This document shows, one piece after another, positions 10,490 through 20,571 of a stretch of DNA of 64,000 nucleotides; position 1 is the first letter of the stretch, and every line of letters starts with the position of its first letter. The notes below the pieces were generated by a model. It made no database searches. It was not told the DNA's origin and was given only the letters and a program-made list of their open reading frames with translations. The position numbers and the translations under genes are program-made. Source of the stretch: Planctomycetota bacterium. Its GTDB lineage: Bacteria > Planctomycetota > UBA8108 > SXIK01. Location of the stretch: assembly GCA_965223845.1 (NCBI GenBank), contig CBDCXR010000004.1, positions 3,840,001 to 3,904,000 of the forward strand. Direction: 5' to 3'.

Positions 10490-12748
10490 ATGAGATACCA
10501 CGCACTCGCGATCGCGATCGCCACCTCGCTGCTCCTCGCCGCTGCCTCCCCGATCCGCGCGGAGACTCCCGCCACCGAAACCGTCCCCGATCCGGCGGCC
10601 GACCGCGCCGTCGCGAAGCTCGTCGAACAGGTCACATCGGACGACAAGGACGTCCGCTACGCCGCTCGATCGGCGGCGCGTACGCTCGGGGCGCGGGCGA
10701 TCAACCCGCTCGGCCGGCTGCTCGAGCACGAGAGCCGCGAAGTTCGGATCACGGCGCTCCGAGCGCTCGAGCAGATCGTGCATCACGCCGGTCGACCTGG
10801 TGCGGCTCGAGAGGCGCTCGCGGCGAGCCGGTCGTTGGCTCGGGTCGTCCGCTCGGACTCCCCGCAGTGGGTGAAGCTCGAGCTTCTCAGTCTCGTCGCG
10901 CACATTGGCGGGGACGCGATCGTTCCCCGCGTGAGCGGCTTCCTCCACGACCCCGATCCGCACGTCCGCGAGACGGCGCGCCTCGCCCTCGAGCGCATCC
11001 CAACGCGCGCGGCGAGCGGAGCTCTCATTCGCGCGGTGCGCGAATCGACCGGCGCAGATCGCGTCGCGTTTCTGTTCTCGCTCGGGAAGAAGCGTGACCC
11101 CGCGCTGACATCGTTTCTCCTCAGTCAGGCGTACGACAGAGACGAAGAGGTCCGCCTCGCCGCACTCCGCGCGCTCGCGCACGCCGGTGCGCCGGAGGCT
11201 CAGCCGGCGTTTCGAGACGAGATCCAGCGCTCGGAGTCTCACGAGCGCGCTCAGCTGTTCGGAGAACTGCTCCGTCTCGCCGACGAGCTCGCAGACGCGG
11301 GTCGCTCGGGCGTCGCACGCCACCTGTTCGGCGAGGCGCTCAAGGCGGCGCCGGAAGACTATCAGCGCGAACGCGCGCTCGTCCGTCTAGCGGATATGAA
11401 GAAGGACGCCCCGCTCGAAACTCTTCTCAGCGGACTCGCCGATCCGGCTGCACGCGTTCGCTCGACCGCGCTCGACGCGATCTCCGCCCTGCCCGGTGAC
11501 GACGTCAACGCGGCGCTCGCCGAATCGTTCTCCTCGAGTGAAGGCGAGGCTCGCATTCTCGTCCTTCGCGCGCTCGCCGAACGCGATCCCGAGGCGGCGG
11601 CTCCGCTCGTCACTCTGGCGGCCGAGAGCTCCGATGTCGAGCTGCGGGTAACCGCTCTCGACCTTCGTGAATCGCTCGCGCAGCCGGAGATGGTGGCGAC
11701 TTACCTCGACCTCGCGACGAAAGGCTCCGCCTCGATTCGGCCGGTCGCCGTCCGCGGCTATCTCCTCGTCGCCGATCGCAAGCACGCGGCGGGTGAAGCG
11801 GCGCGAAAGGAGGCGGCCGGAAGATTTGCCGGCGCGATCGACATCCCGGATGCGGAGCTCGGAGAGTTTATCGATCGAGCTCGAGCCGATCTCCTCGCCG
11901 CGCGAAAGCGCGTTCGCGACGCCGGCGCGATGTACGTCCGAGCGATCGACCTCGCTGCGAGCGACGATCAGCGCGTCGCCGCTATCGAAGGCATCGAGCG
12001 CGTCGGGGATCCGAGCGCAGTGAATTCTCTCCGTCCGTTCCTCGACCACCCGGTGGTCGGCGGTGCGGCATCGCGCGTCTTCGCCGCGCTCGCGACCCGC
12101 CTGGCGGAGTCGGCAGTTCGCGATCCGATCCAGATTGATGCCGCCGAGAAGGCGCTCCTTGCCGTCCTCGAGGGGCGGTTTCCCCGGACGCTCCGCGTCG
12201 AAGCGATGGAACGACTCGCCGCACTCGGGCGCGATCCGCAGAAGCCCCTTCGGACGAAGGGGTTCGTTCTCGACTGGTGGCTCATCGGGCCGATCGCCGA
12301 CGAAACGGGGAACGGCCTCGCCGAGGAGTTCTTCCCGGAGAAGGCGCGCGAGTTCGAAGGCGAGCACCGCATCGGACCGCGACGGTACCGCTGGCAGCGA
12401 CCGCGTCTTCTCACGCGCACGGGCGCGATCGACTTTCTTCCGCGCTTCCGCCGCAGCTCGAAGCGAATCGCCTACGCGTACACGGAGCTCGTCTCGTCCA
12501 GCGAGCAGGACGTCATCTTTCGCATCGGAAGCAACGACGGCGTCGCGTGCTGGCTGAACGACGAGCGCATCCATTTCAAACCGGGAACGCGATCGCTCAA
12601 GATCGACGAAGATCGCGTCGAGGCACATCTCAAGCGCGGGAAGAACTCCATTCTTCTCAAGGTGAACAACGTCGACGGCGACTGGGGAATGTCGTTCCGA
12701 GTGACGACGACCGGAGACCGACCGCTCCCGCTCGAAGTCGATCTTTGA
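10490..12748 (+). CDS. Exported HEAT-repeat protein with a C-terminal beta-sandwich (PA14/galactose-binding-like) domain
   Basis: GAGGAGG RBS, signal peptide, many HEAT repeats; C-terminal DWWLIGP...AYAYT...GSNDGVACWLN...LKRGKNSILLKV...WGMSFR. Confidence 0.85.
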   Translation: MRYHALAIAIATSLLLAAASPIRAETPATETVPDPAADRAVAKLVEQVTSDDKDVRYAARSAARTLGARAINPLGRLLEHESREVRITALRALEQIVHHAGRPGAAREALAASRSLARVVRSDSPQWVKLELLSLVAHIGGDAIVPRVSGFLHDPDPHVRETARLALERIPTRAASGALIRAVRESTGADRVAFLFSLGKKRDPALTSFLLSQAYDRDEEVRLAALRALAHAGAPEAQPAFRDEIQRSESHERAQLFGELLRLADELADAGRSGVARHLFGEALKAAPEDYQRERALVRLADMKKDAPLETLLSGLADPAARVRSTALDAISALPGDDVNAALAESFSSSEGEARILVLRALAERDPEAAAPLVTLAAESSDVELRVTALDLRESLAQPEMVATYLDLATKGSASIRPVAVRGYLLVADRKHAAGEAARKEAAGRFAGAIDIPDAELGEFIDRARADLLAARKRVRDAGAMYVRAIDLAASDDQRVAAIEGIERVGDPSAVNSLRPFLDHPVVGGAASRVFAALATRLAESAVRDPIQIDAAEKALLAVLEGRFPRTLRVEAMERLAALGRDPQKPLRTKGFVLDWWLIGPIADETGNGLAEEFFPEKAREFEGEHRIGPRRYRWQRPRLLTRTGAIDFLPRFRRSSKRIAYAYTELVSSSEQDVIFRIGSNDGVACWLNDERIHFKPGTRSLKIDEDRVEAHLKRGKNSILLKVNNVDGDWGMSFRVTTTGDRPLPLEVDL

Positions 12749-12861
12749 CGGCGCTGAGCCGACGTTCTTCCGAGTATCCCGCTCGAGGAGTTGCGCGGTT
12801 CAGCACTAACGCGTGAGGCGGCGGACCGGCAGCGCCGTGCTTCGGGGCAAAGGCGCCGTCG

Positions 12862-14013
12862 TCAGGCATTCACCGCCGCGAAGATTCCGAGCGCCGCCGC
12901 GAGTCCGAGCAGGACCGCGAACGTGATCTTGACCCAACTGTACGGTCGATCCCCCTGCACTTCACCCGTCGCGGCATTGACGAGCACGCGGTAGGGCTTG
13001 TCGCGGTAGCGGTAGGTGAGAAGCCAGAGCGGAAGAAGGAGGTGCTTGTACGTAATCGCGTCGCACTTCGTCTGGATTTGATGGATCCGCTGCGTGTCGC
13101 CGCCAATCCGTCGGCGCACCTCGCTTCGAATCGCCTGATCGATGCGGTCCCGCGCGAGCTTGAACCCGCGGTCGAGCGGGACTTCGTAGGTCTCGGCCAG
13201 ATAGCCGGCCAGGGCGTCCTCGGTAAACGGAATGCACTTGGGGAGCGGCCAGGGCTCGAGTGCGAGAACGCGCTTCGAAGGCAGCGCACGCGCAGCGCAC
13301 ACGAGGACGTCGTCGAAAAACCGCTGAAACGAACCGCTCGCCGGATACCAGCGCGTACGCCTCTCCGTTCGCCGATTCTTGCCGGAGCCCACCGTGACCC
13401 AGTAGTACTCGCCGCGCATGCCTGAATACCGGTTCGCGGTCATGGTGTCGTAAGTCCAGTACGGGATGTAAACCCCGCTGAACTTACCCTTCACGCCGCG
13501 CCGGACGAACTCGTTCGGCGCGAACCATCGCGAACTCACCCACTTTCCGAGGTTGTCTCGCGCGCGCTCGCGCGAGACTTGAAACGGAAGGACTCCGTCG
13601 ACCGGGATTCGATCCTCGGCGCGGTGAACATTCTCCCGCTGGATCGGAGAACCACAGTACGCGCACTCCGAGCTCGTCAGCGGCCCGGTGAAGACGACCG
13701 TCGCGCCGCAGGACTTACACGAGACTTCGGACTGCTCGGTCGCGGTACGCGGTGCGTCTTCTCGCCGTTTCGCCGCGAGCTGCTCGAGCGCGTCTTCGAA
13801 GTCCTGCTCGGCGACTTCGGCGTCCTCTTCGACTTCGAGCTTCTTCTCGAATCCGCAGTACGGACACTTGAGCCGCTGTTGGCCGATGTGAAAGCGCAGG
13901 TCGGCGCCGCAGCGCTCGCACGGGAACATTCGCCCGTCTTCTTCCGCGCGGTGCGGTCCGACGTCGCCGGTCGTGACGCCCCATTCCGGCGCCGGAGGAG
14001 ATGCTTCCGTCAT
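12862..14013 (-). CDS. Double zinc-ribbon membrane protein (YdjG-like partner of the SPFH protein)
   Basis: CERC/CPYC and CKSC/CAYC pairs; GVYIPYWTYD, YKHLLLPLW, VNAATGEVQG; C-terminal TM helix. Confidence 0.85.
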   Translation of the reverse strand: MTEASPPAPEWGVTTGDVGPHRAEEDGRMFPCERCGADLRFHIGQQRLKCPYCGFEKKLEVEEDAEVAEQDFEDALEQLAAKRREDAPRTATEQSEVSCKSCGATVVFTGPLTSSECAYCGSPIQRENVHRAEDRIPVDGVLPFQVSRERARDNLGKWVSSRWFAPNEFVRRGVKGKFSGVYIPYWTYDTMTANRYSGMRGEYYWVTVGSGKNRRTERRTRWYPASGSFQRFFDDVLVCAARALPSKRVLALEPWPLPKCIPFTEDALAGYLAETYEVPLDRGFKLARDRIDQAIRSEVRRRIGGDTQRIHQIQTKCDAITYKHLLLPLWLLTYRYRDKPYRVLVNAATGEVQGDRPYSWVKITFAVLLGLAAALGIFAAVNA

Positions 14014-14087
14014 CGCCAATCCTCAGCCGAGTTCCAGTTCACCCGAGGCATGAAGCCGCGCGATCCGGCGCGGCTCCATCGCTCCGT

Positions 14088-15194
14088 TCACGCCGAAGGC
14101 GGCGGCGGAGGTGGCGGCGGTGCGGGCCCGAAGTACGTCGCGAGCTCGGCGACCTGCCCCGCCTTCGTCCACCCGGAAAGCCCGGCGTGCCAGACGTAGG
14201 TGTCCCTCCCCACCTGGCCCTGTCCGATCGCCGCGGCGATCTGCTGAGGCGTGAACGGCCCGCTCGTCGCTCCCCCGGCGGAGACGTGCCACTGGACGGC
14301 CGGAGGCGGCGGAGGAGGAGTACCGGGCGCCGCCCCTGCTCCGCTTCGCGCCATCTGATTCGCCATCGCGAATCCCATTCCGAGCCCCATCCCCTCCGCG
14401 GCGCCGCCCCCGCTCGGGTTCTCGGCGGCGGCGATCATCGCCTGCCCCATCTGAAACTGCTGGTACCGGCCCATGTCGCCGATCACTCCCATGCTACTCC
14501 TGGTGTCGAGCGCCTTCTCGACCGATTCCGGAAGCGACACGTTCACGATGAAGAGAGTGGGGACTTCGAGCCCGTACTCATCGTCGACTCGCTCGGAGAC
14601 CGCGTCTCGAAGCGCGTTCGAAAGATCGGAGTAATTACTCGCGAGATCGAGCACGCCGATCTTCGACTCGCCGAGCAGATCGGCAAAGGTCGTATTTACC
14701 GTCGAGCGCATCAACTCGGTCACTTCGTCGGCTTCGAAGACACCGTCCGTCCCGACGAGCTCGCGAAGGAGCGCCTTCGGATCCTGCGCGCGGAGCGTAT
14801 ACGTCCCAAAGGCACGCACGCGAACCGGACCGAAATCGGGGTCGCGAAGGATGATCGGATTCGGCGTCCCCCACTTGAGGTCCGTGATCTGCCGCGTGCT
14901 GACGAAGTAGACCTCGCACTTGAACGGACTCTCGAAGCCGTACTTCCAGCCCTGAAGCGTGCTGAGAATCGGCAGGTTGTTCGTCTTCAGCTCGTAGTGC
15001 CCGGGCTGGAAGATGTCGGCGAGCTTGCCCTCGTGGACGAAGATCGCCACTTGCCCGGGACGGACGATGAGCCGCGCGCCGTTCTTGATCTCGTTGTTGT
15101 AGCGAGGGAAACGCCAGCAGATCGTGTGGCGCGTGTCGTCCACCCACTCGACGATGTCGACGAGTTCGCCACGGAGCTTGTCAAAGAGGCCCAC
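14088..15194 (-). CDS. SPFH (band 7, YdjI-like) domain protein with C-terminal GYF_2/DUF4339 domain
   Basis: ELVDIVEW, LKTNNLPILSTLQGWKYGFESPFKCEVYFV, KWGTPNPI; C-terminal GPF...VWHAGLSGW; AGGAG RBS before GTG. Confidence 0.9.
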   Translation of the reverse strand: MGLFDKLRGELVDIVEWVDDTRHTICWRFPRYNNEIKNGARLIVRPGQVAIFVHEGKLADIFQPGHYELKTNNLPILSTLQGWKYGFESPFKCEVYFVSTRQITDLKWGTPNPIILRDPDFGPVRVRAFGTYTLRAQDPKALLRELVGTDGVFEADEVTELMRSTVNTTFADLLGESKIGVLDLASNYSDLSNALRDAVSERVDDEYGLEVPTLFIVNVSLPESVEKALDTRSSMGVIGDMGRYQQFQMGQAMIAAAENPSGGGAAEGMGLGMGFAMANQMARSGAGAAPGTPPPPPPAVQWHVSAGGATSGPFTPQQIAAAIGQGQVGRDTYVWHAGLSGWTKAGQVAELATYFGPAPPPPPPPPSA

Positions 15195-15474
15195 GGCTCT
15201 CTCCTAGTTTCAAGGTTCGTTCAGTAGTCGCGAGGACGGAGTCGCCGCTCGATTGCGCGCTCGCCCGAAAGAAAGAGACGCGCGACCGCAGCCCGTGTTT
15301 CGGCAGAAACGCCCAAGGAGGTCGCGAAGTCGCCGGCAGCGGCCGGACTCGCCCGCGCCATCTGGCATCAGCCGCGCATCGAGTTCCAGCGGAATCTCGC
15401 GGTCCGTCGAGGATCAAAACCGCGCTCCGGATCGATCGCAGCCGGGGACCCTGGCCGGCCGCGCGTGCTCGTGA

Positions 15475-16362
15475 TTACGAGTCGGCGAGCTCGAGCTCGG
15501 GAGAGTCCTCGGTGCGGTCGACTTCCGACGACTCCTCGTTCGAGCCCTTTCGCGCGCGCAGCTCCTCGAGCGCCTTCTCCTTGTCGCGCCGATCTCGGTC
15601 GACGAGATCCAGCTCTTCCTCGAGCTCTGCGACCTGACCCCGCAGCGTCTCGATTTCCCCACGCGCGGCTTCGAGCTCCTCGAGATTCGATCCCGGAGAG
15701 GATTCTTTCACCAGCCGAAGCTGCTCCACTTCAGCCTCGCGTTCGCGGAGGTCGCGGTTGATCCGAAAGACGTGCTTCTCGAGCATCGACTCGAAGAACA
15801 CGCGAACGCGACCGAGCTCGCGCAGGGTCTCGTTGCGGATCGCCTCGTCGCGGAGATCTTGGCGCTCGGCGAACTCGTCGCGAAACGAGGCGACGACGTC
15901 TTCGACGAGCTCTCGCGCCGTGTCTCCGTCTAGACTCGCGCCGCGGCCCGATTGAACCGACTCGACGAGCACATCGGCCGCAGCCGCGTCGAGGACCTTG
16001 CTCCGTTCCTCCCACGCCTGCTGGAACCAGCTGCGGCAGAGGAGATAGACGACAAGCCCGAGAAGCACCGTCGAGGCGGTGGCGAGCGCCACGGAGCTCA
16101 GCGCGAGGACCGAGCCGGACTGAAGGACGAAGAAGACAGAGCCGGCGACTCCGACCGACACGAGCATCGTCGTGACGCCGAGCATCGCGGTGGATTGGCC
16201 GTAGCGATCCATTCGGAGGCGGGCGCGTTCGGCGGCGTCCGCCGAATCCACCCACTCGACCGAGTCGGCCGGTTCGAGGCTCTCCACGTCCACGCCGTCG
16301 GCGTCCGCGGATTCGTCGGGATCGACTTCGGGTCGCGTGTCTCGGTCGGTCGCTTCAGTCAT
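15475..16362 (-). CDS. Hypothetical two-TM membrane protein with C-terminal coiled coil
   Basis: Acidic N-terminus, two hydrophobic helices, then E/R/L-rich heptads. Start trimmed to ATG 16362. Confidence 0.72.
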   Translation of the reverse strand: MTEATDRDTRPEVDPDESADADGVDVESLEPADSVEWVDSADAAERARLRMDRYGQSTAMLGVTTMLVSVGVAGSVFFVLQSGSVLALSSVALATASTVLLGLVVYLLCRSWFQQAWEERSKVLDAAAADVLVESVQSGRGASLDGDTARELVEDVVASFRDEFAERQDLRDEAIRNETLRELGRVRVFFESMLEKHVFRINRDLREREAEVEQLRLVKESSPGSNLEELEAARGEIETLRGQVAELEEELDLVDRDRRDKEKALEELRARKGSNEESSEVDRTEDSPELELADS

Positions 16363-16578
16363 ATCGAGGCGGCAGAATCGCTCTGCCCTCTCCGCTGGCT
16401 CGGGTGTCGTTTCGCCCACTCGACGAGGACTTCTCACCGAAGAGTACGACAGGATGGCGTGGCCGTCACACGCGCCGCGCTGGAGCTCCCCCGGCACGGC
16501 GTTTTCGGAACCCGACGGACGGAGAGCTGGGCGCTTCGAGGGTCCGCCCCGCCGGCGATTGCACACCGCGCAAAGACC

Positions 16579-16831
16579 TTGACAACCACTCGCAGCAGCG
16601 GCTTCATCGTGTCCCCTCTCTGCGGGTTTCACACCGGACTCGGTCGCCCGCGGGCGGGCCTCCGCCAGACGTCCGCAGCCCCGGGGCGCGAGTCGACGCC
16701 GGCGGGCCTCTCGTGCGCCCGGCTCGCGCCGACGCGAGCGGGATCCCCGACTTGCGGTCGATCCCGCTGCACTTCCGGCCGCCCGGATCCTCCTGCGGAT
16801 AGACGGCCGGTCCGGCCGAAAACGTGAGGGG
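16579..16831 (+). promoter_or_regulatory. Putative promoter (TTGACA) plus structured rpsB-type leader ending in an orphan RBS
   Basis: TTGACA 16579-16584 (weak -10); CACAC 16630-16634; closing stem CCGGAC(16634)/GTCCGG(16810); AAAAC then GAGGGG 16826-16831. Confidence 0.45.
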
Positions 16832-16963
16832 TGCAGAATTCAGAATCTGAACGGGGCGGGACGTCCAGCGGGCGGGGCGGGAGGGAACGCGGCGCTCAGC
16901 GACAAGAGTCGCGCGCGCCGTGCGAAGGATCGAAACCGCAAGCCAAACTGACGGAGCGGATCA

Positions 16964-17818
16964 ATGAGCGTCGATGCTAAGAGTGTCATGGAGCTGCGGA
17001 AGAAAACGGGTCTTCCGATGATGGACTGCAAACGCGCGCTCGTCGAAGCCGACGGCGACGGCGATAAGGCCTACGAGAACCTGCGCAAGGCAGGCCTCAA
17101 AGCGGTCGAGAAGCTCTCCGATCGAGCGGCGGACGACGGGCGCGTCGGAGCCGCCGTCAGCGACGACGGACGCGTGGGCGCGCTCGTCGTTCTCCGCTGC
17201 GAGACGGAACCCGTCGCGAAGAACGAGAAGTTCGTCGAGATCCTCGAACAGGTCACGGCGCTCGTCGTCGAGAAGGCGCCAGCGGATTCGGAGGCGCTGG
17301 GGGCGCTCAAACTCGCCTCTGGCGAAACCGTCGAAGAAGCCCGTACCGAACTCGTCAATCAGATTCGAGAGAACATCAATCTCGGCTCATTCGAGCGCTT
17401 CGAGAGCGACGCGGTCGTGCAGTACCTCCACTTCGACCTCAAGAAGGCGGGCATGGTCGCCTTTAAGGGAGGATCGGCCGCCGACGCGAAGGTCGCGGAG
17501 GTCGGAAAGGACGTGTGCATGCACATCGTCTCTCAGCGCCCCGCGGCACTTCGTCGCGATCGCCTCGATCCAGCGGTGATCGAGAACGAGCGCGAAATTC
17601 AGCTCGCACAGATGAAGGCCGATCCGAAGAACGCGAAGAAGCCCGAAGAGATCTTGAAGAAGATCATCGAGGGCAAGATGGACAAGTTCATCGCGTCCCT
17701 CTGCCTGCTCGAACAGCCGTTCGTAAAGAATCCAGACCTGACGGTCGAGCAGTACGTCGCCCAGTCCGGCGGCGGAATCGAGTTGGTCGACTTCGCGTAC
17801 GCGGCGACCGATCAATAG
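16964..17818 (+). CDS. tsf: Translation elongation factor Ts
   Basis: VMELRKKTGLPMMDCKRALVEADGD UBA-like N-terminus; LRCETEPVAKN; CLLEQPFVKNPDLTV. Confidence 0.97.
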   Translation: MSVDAKSVMELRKKTGLPMMDCKRALVEADGDGDKAYENLRKAGLKAVEKLSDRAADDGRVGAAVSDDGRVGALVVLRCETEPVAKNEKFVEILEQVTALVVEKAPADSEALGALKLASGETVEEARTELVNQIRENINLGSFERFESDAVVQYLHFDLKKAGMVAFKGGSAADAKVAEVGKDVCMHIVSQRPAALRRDRLDPAVIENEREIQLAQMKADPKNAKKPEEILKKIIEGKMDKFIASLCLLEQPFVKNPDLTVEQYVAQSGGGIELVDFAYAATDQ

Positions 17819-17915
17819 TCGGGACGCCGATCGAGACGACGCAAACGGCGCGAAGCTCTGCGCCCGAGCCTCGCGCCGTTTGTCTAGCGACCGCGGGAAG
17901 GTCGCTCCACGGTCG

Positions 17916-18638
17916 CTAGAACGGTCGGCTGTCCCGCCGGCGAAGATAGATCTCGTCGATCGCCGCTCGCTCCGGAAGCGTGAGCAGAAACAACACGGTC
18001 CGGGCGACATCCTCCGGCGCGAGCAGGGTCGAGCGGTCGAGGTCGGGGCGGGCGGCGGCGATCATCGGCGTGTCGACGCCGCCGGGGAGGACGGTGCTCA
18101 CTCGAACGCCGTACTCCGCGGCCTCGACCGCGAGGGTCTTCGTGAGCCCGTGAACGGCGTGCTTGCTCGCGACGTAGGCACCTTGATCCGGGTAGCCGCG
18201 AAAGCCGACGACGCTGCCGATCGTAATGATCGCACCGCCGCGCGAGCGCATCGCGCGTAGCGCCCGGCGGCAGCAGAGAAACGTGCCGCGGACGTTGACG
18301 GCGAGTGCGTTGTCGAGATCCTCGGGTGAGAGATCGAGTAGCGCACCGAACGCGCCGACTCCAGCGTTCGCGATGAGGATATCGAGCGGGCCGAGCTCGT
18401 TTTCGACCTGCGCGAACGCGAGCTCGACGCGATTCGGATCGGCGATGTCGCACGCGAGCGAGATCGCCTCTCCTCCGCCCGCGCGAATCTCGTCCGCCAC
18501 GCGACGAACGTCATCTTCGCTGCGCGCGGCCACGCCGACCCGCGCGCCGGCTTCAGCGAGCGCGAGCGCGATGGCCCGACCGATTCCCCGGCCGCCGCCG
18601 GTGACGAGGGCGATCTTTCCCGCAAGGGGTTTGCTCAT
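17916..18638 (-). CDS. SDR family oxidoreductase
   Basis: TGGGRGIG, ANAG and YVASK catalytic motif. Start trimmed to ATG 18638. Confidence 0.93.
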   Translation of the reverse strand: MSKPLAGKIALVTGGGRGIGRAIALALAEAGARVGVAARSEDDVRRVADEIRAGGGEAISLACDIADPNRVELAFAQVENELGPLDILIANAGVGAFGALLDLSPEDLDNALAVNVRGTFLCCRRALRAMRSRGGAIITIGSVVGFRGYPDQGAYVASKHAVHGLTKTLAVEAAEYGVRVSTVLPGGVDTPMIAAARPDLDRSTLLAPEDVARTVLFLLTLPERAAIDEIYLRRRDSRPF

Positions 18639-18676
18639 GCCGGGCCGTGATGCGGCGTCAACCGCGGCTGCCTTTC

Positions 18677-18955
18677 TCAGGCGCCCGGAGTTTCCGCTGC
18701 GCTCTCGCGCTCGGAATCTCCCGCGTCGGTCGCGCGGCTGCACTCGAGCTCCGCGGTCGAGCTCACCCCGTCCGGGAGCACCGCGTCGTCGACGAGCATG
18801 TTGGGCACGCCGTCCTCGACGCGGTAGCCGGCGCCGCAGCGCGTGCAGACGAGGAGGTCACCCTCGACGCGGAGGGGCGCCTTTCCCAGCGGACAAACGA
18901 GAATATCGAGGAGGTCGCGCGGAAGCGCGGCCGCGCCGGTCGGAGATTCGCTCAT
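18677..18955 (-). CDS. Trm112/YcaR family protein
   Basis: LLDILVCPLGKAPL...LVCTRCGAGYRVEDGVPNMLVDDA. Confidence 0.88.
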   Translation of the reverse strand: MSESPTGAAALPRDLLDILVCPLGKAPLRVEGDLLVCTRCGAGYRVEDGVPNMLVDDAVLPDGVSSTAELECSRATDAGDSERESAAETPGA

Positions 18956-19042
18956 CGGTTGCGTCCGGTGTTCATTCTGATTTCGGAGGACGTTCCCGCA
19001 GGGACGCGCATCGCCCTCCCGTGATTCGTCGGTTCGATCGCT

Positions 19043-20239
19043 CTATCGCCGCGCGTGGGCCGACCGAGCGTCGAGCCAAGCACCGCCGTCCTTCGAGCTC
19101 GCGACGCACTGCTCGATGAAGAACATTCCCTCGGCGCCGTCGTAGACGTTCGGATACACCGTGTCGCGAGTTTCGAAGGACTTCCCTTCCGCGCGATCGG
19201 CCATCGCATCGTATGCGCTGCGGTAAACGTTTGCGAATGCTTCGAAAAACGCTTCGGGATGTCCACTCGGAAGCCGACACGCCGCCTGCCCGCTCGCGTT
19301 CATGAAGGGCGCGTTCGGGTCTCGCGTGTAGAGCTTGTGCGGTTCGCCGTTCTTCCGCACGACGAGCACGTTCGGCTCCTCCTGTCGCCACTGGAGCGCT
19401 CCTTTGGTGCCGTCCACCTCGATGAAGAGGTCGTTCTCACGCCCGTGCGAAATCTGTGACGCCGTCACCGTACCGAGACCGCCGTTTTCGAGCTCGAGCA
19501 CCGCGTGGCCGTAATCGTCGAGCGCGCGACCCTCGACGAGGACGCGGAGATTGCAGGAGATTCGCGACGGAAGGACGCCCGACATATAGCGGCCGAGATT
19601 GTAGGCGTGGGTTCCGATGTCTCCGAAGCAGCCCGCGGCACCGGACTTCTTCGGATCGGTGCGCCACGTCGCCTGCTTCTGCCCGTCCGATTCGAGTCGG
19701 GTTCGCAGCCAACCCTGGATGTAGCTCGATCGAATCGCTTGGATCTCACCGAGCTCATCCGATTGAATCATCTCGCGCGCCTGACGTACGAGCGGGTAGC
19801 CCGTGTAGTTGTGCGTCACCGCGAAAACGACGCCGGAGTTTTCGACGATTTCGACGAGCTCGTTCGCCTGCGCGAGATCGAACGTCATCGGCTTGTCGCA
19901 GAGCACGTTGAAGCCGGCTTCGACCGCGGCCTTGGCGATAGGGAAATGCGTGTGATTCGGCGTCGCGATCGTCACGAAATCGATGCGCTCGCCCTCCGGA
20001 AGCTTGCGCTCCGATTCGAGCATCTCCTCGAACGAACCGTACGCGCGCTCCGGGGAAATGCCGTACTCCGGAGCGGATTCCTTGCTCACCTGCGGATCGG
20101 ACGACAGCGCTCCCGCCACGAGCTCGGCCCGGTTGTCGAGGACTGCCGCGGTGACGTGAACTCGTCCGATGAACGATCCGCGCCCGCCGCCTACGAGCGC
20201 CATGCGCAGCTTACGATTCAAGTTCCCGTTGAGTGGCAT
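19043..20239 (-). CDS. Cytoplasmic Gfo/Idh/MocA family oxidoreductase
   Basis: [45 protein letters not shown]. Confidence 0.93.
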   Translation of the reverse strand: MPLNGNLNRKLRMALVGGGRGSFIGRVHVTAAVLDNRAELVAGALSSDPQVSKESAPEYGISPERAYGSFEEMLESERKLPEGERIDFVTIATPNHTHFPIAKAAVEAGFNVLCDKPMTFDLAQANELVEIVENSGVVFAVTHNYTGYPLVRQAREMIQSDELGEIQAIRSSYIQGWLRTRLESDGQKQATWRTDPKKSGAAGCFGDIGTHAYNLGRYMSGVLPSRISCNLRVLVEGRALDDYGHAVLELENGGLGTVTASQISHGRENDLFIEVDGTKGALQWRQEEPNVLVVRKNGEPHKLYTRDPNAPFMNASGQAACRLPSGHPEAFFEAFANVYRSAYDAMADRAEGKSFETRDTVYPNVYDGAEGMFFIEQCVASSKDGGAWLDARSAHARR

Positions 20240-20571
20240 CCCGAAGACTCCCTGATCGTCGTGACGAGTGGAAACGCAAAACTGAACGCAGCTCGAGTCC
20301 GGCCGGATCCGAAGAGCTCAAGAAAACGTCATCTCACAAGCCGAGTGCGCCGCCGGGGCATGGCCAAGATCGAGCTAAGGCCAGCGAGTGTAGAAAAAAG
20401 CCCATCGGCTGTCTAACCCGAATTTCGTCGGTGCGGGCGAGCGCGTTCGCGAGTCCCTCCGGGTCTCGATTCCGCGTCCGGAGCACTCGGGGTTATGATC
20501 GGGGCACCTCCGCTCGGTGGGAGGATCGAACCAAAGATCGACGCTTCGTTTCGGCTGATGCATCCCGAGTC

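Noticed and set aside
12749-12861. Hairpins between convergent HEAT and zinc-ribbon genes
   Set aside because: Short GC stems consistent with an ordinary 3' end structure.
16831-16980. Short GTG-started ORF (VQNSESERGG...) upstream of tsf
   Set aside because: The start overlaps the SD-like sequence, the product is low-complexity, and it has no resemblance to S2.
20240-20571. LexA/SOS box upstream of dinB
   Set aside because: No palindrome matching a LexA motif I know; only a TATGAT -10-like hexamer.
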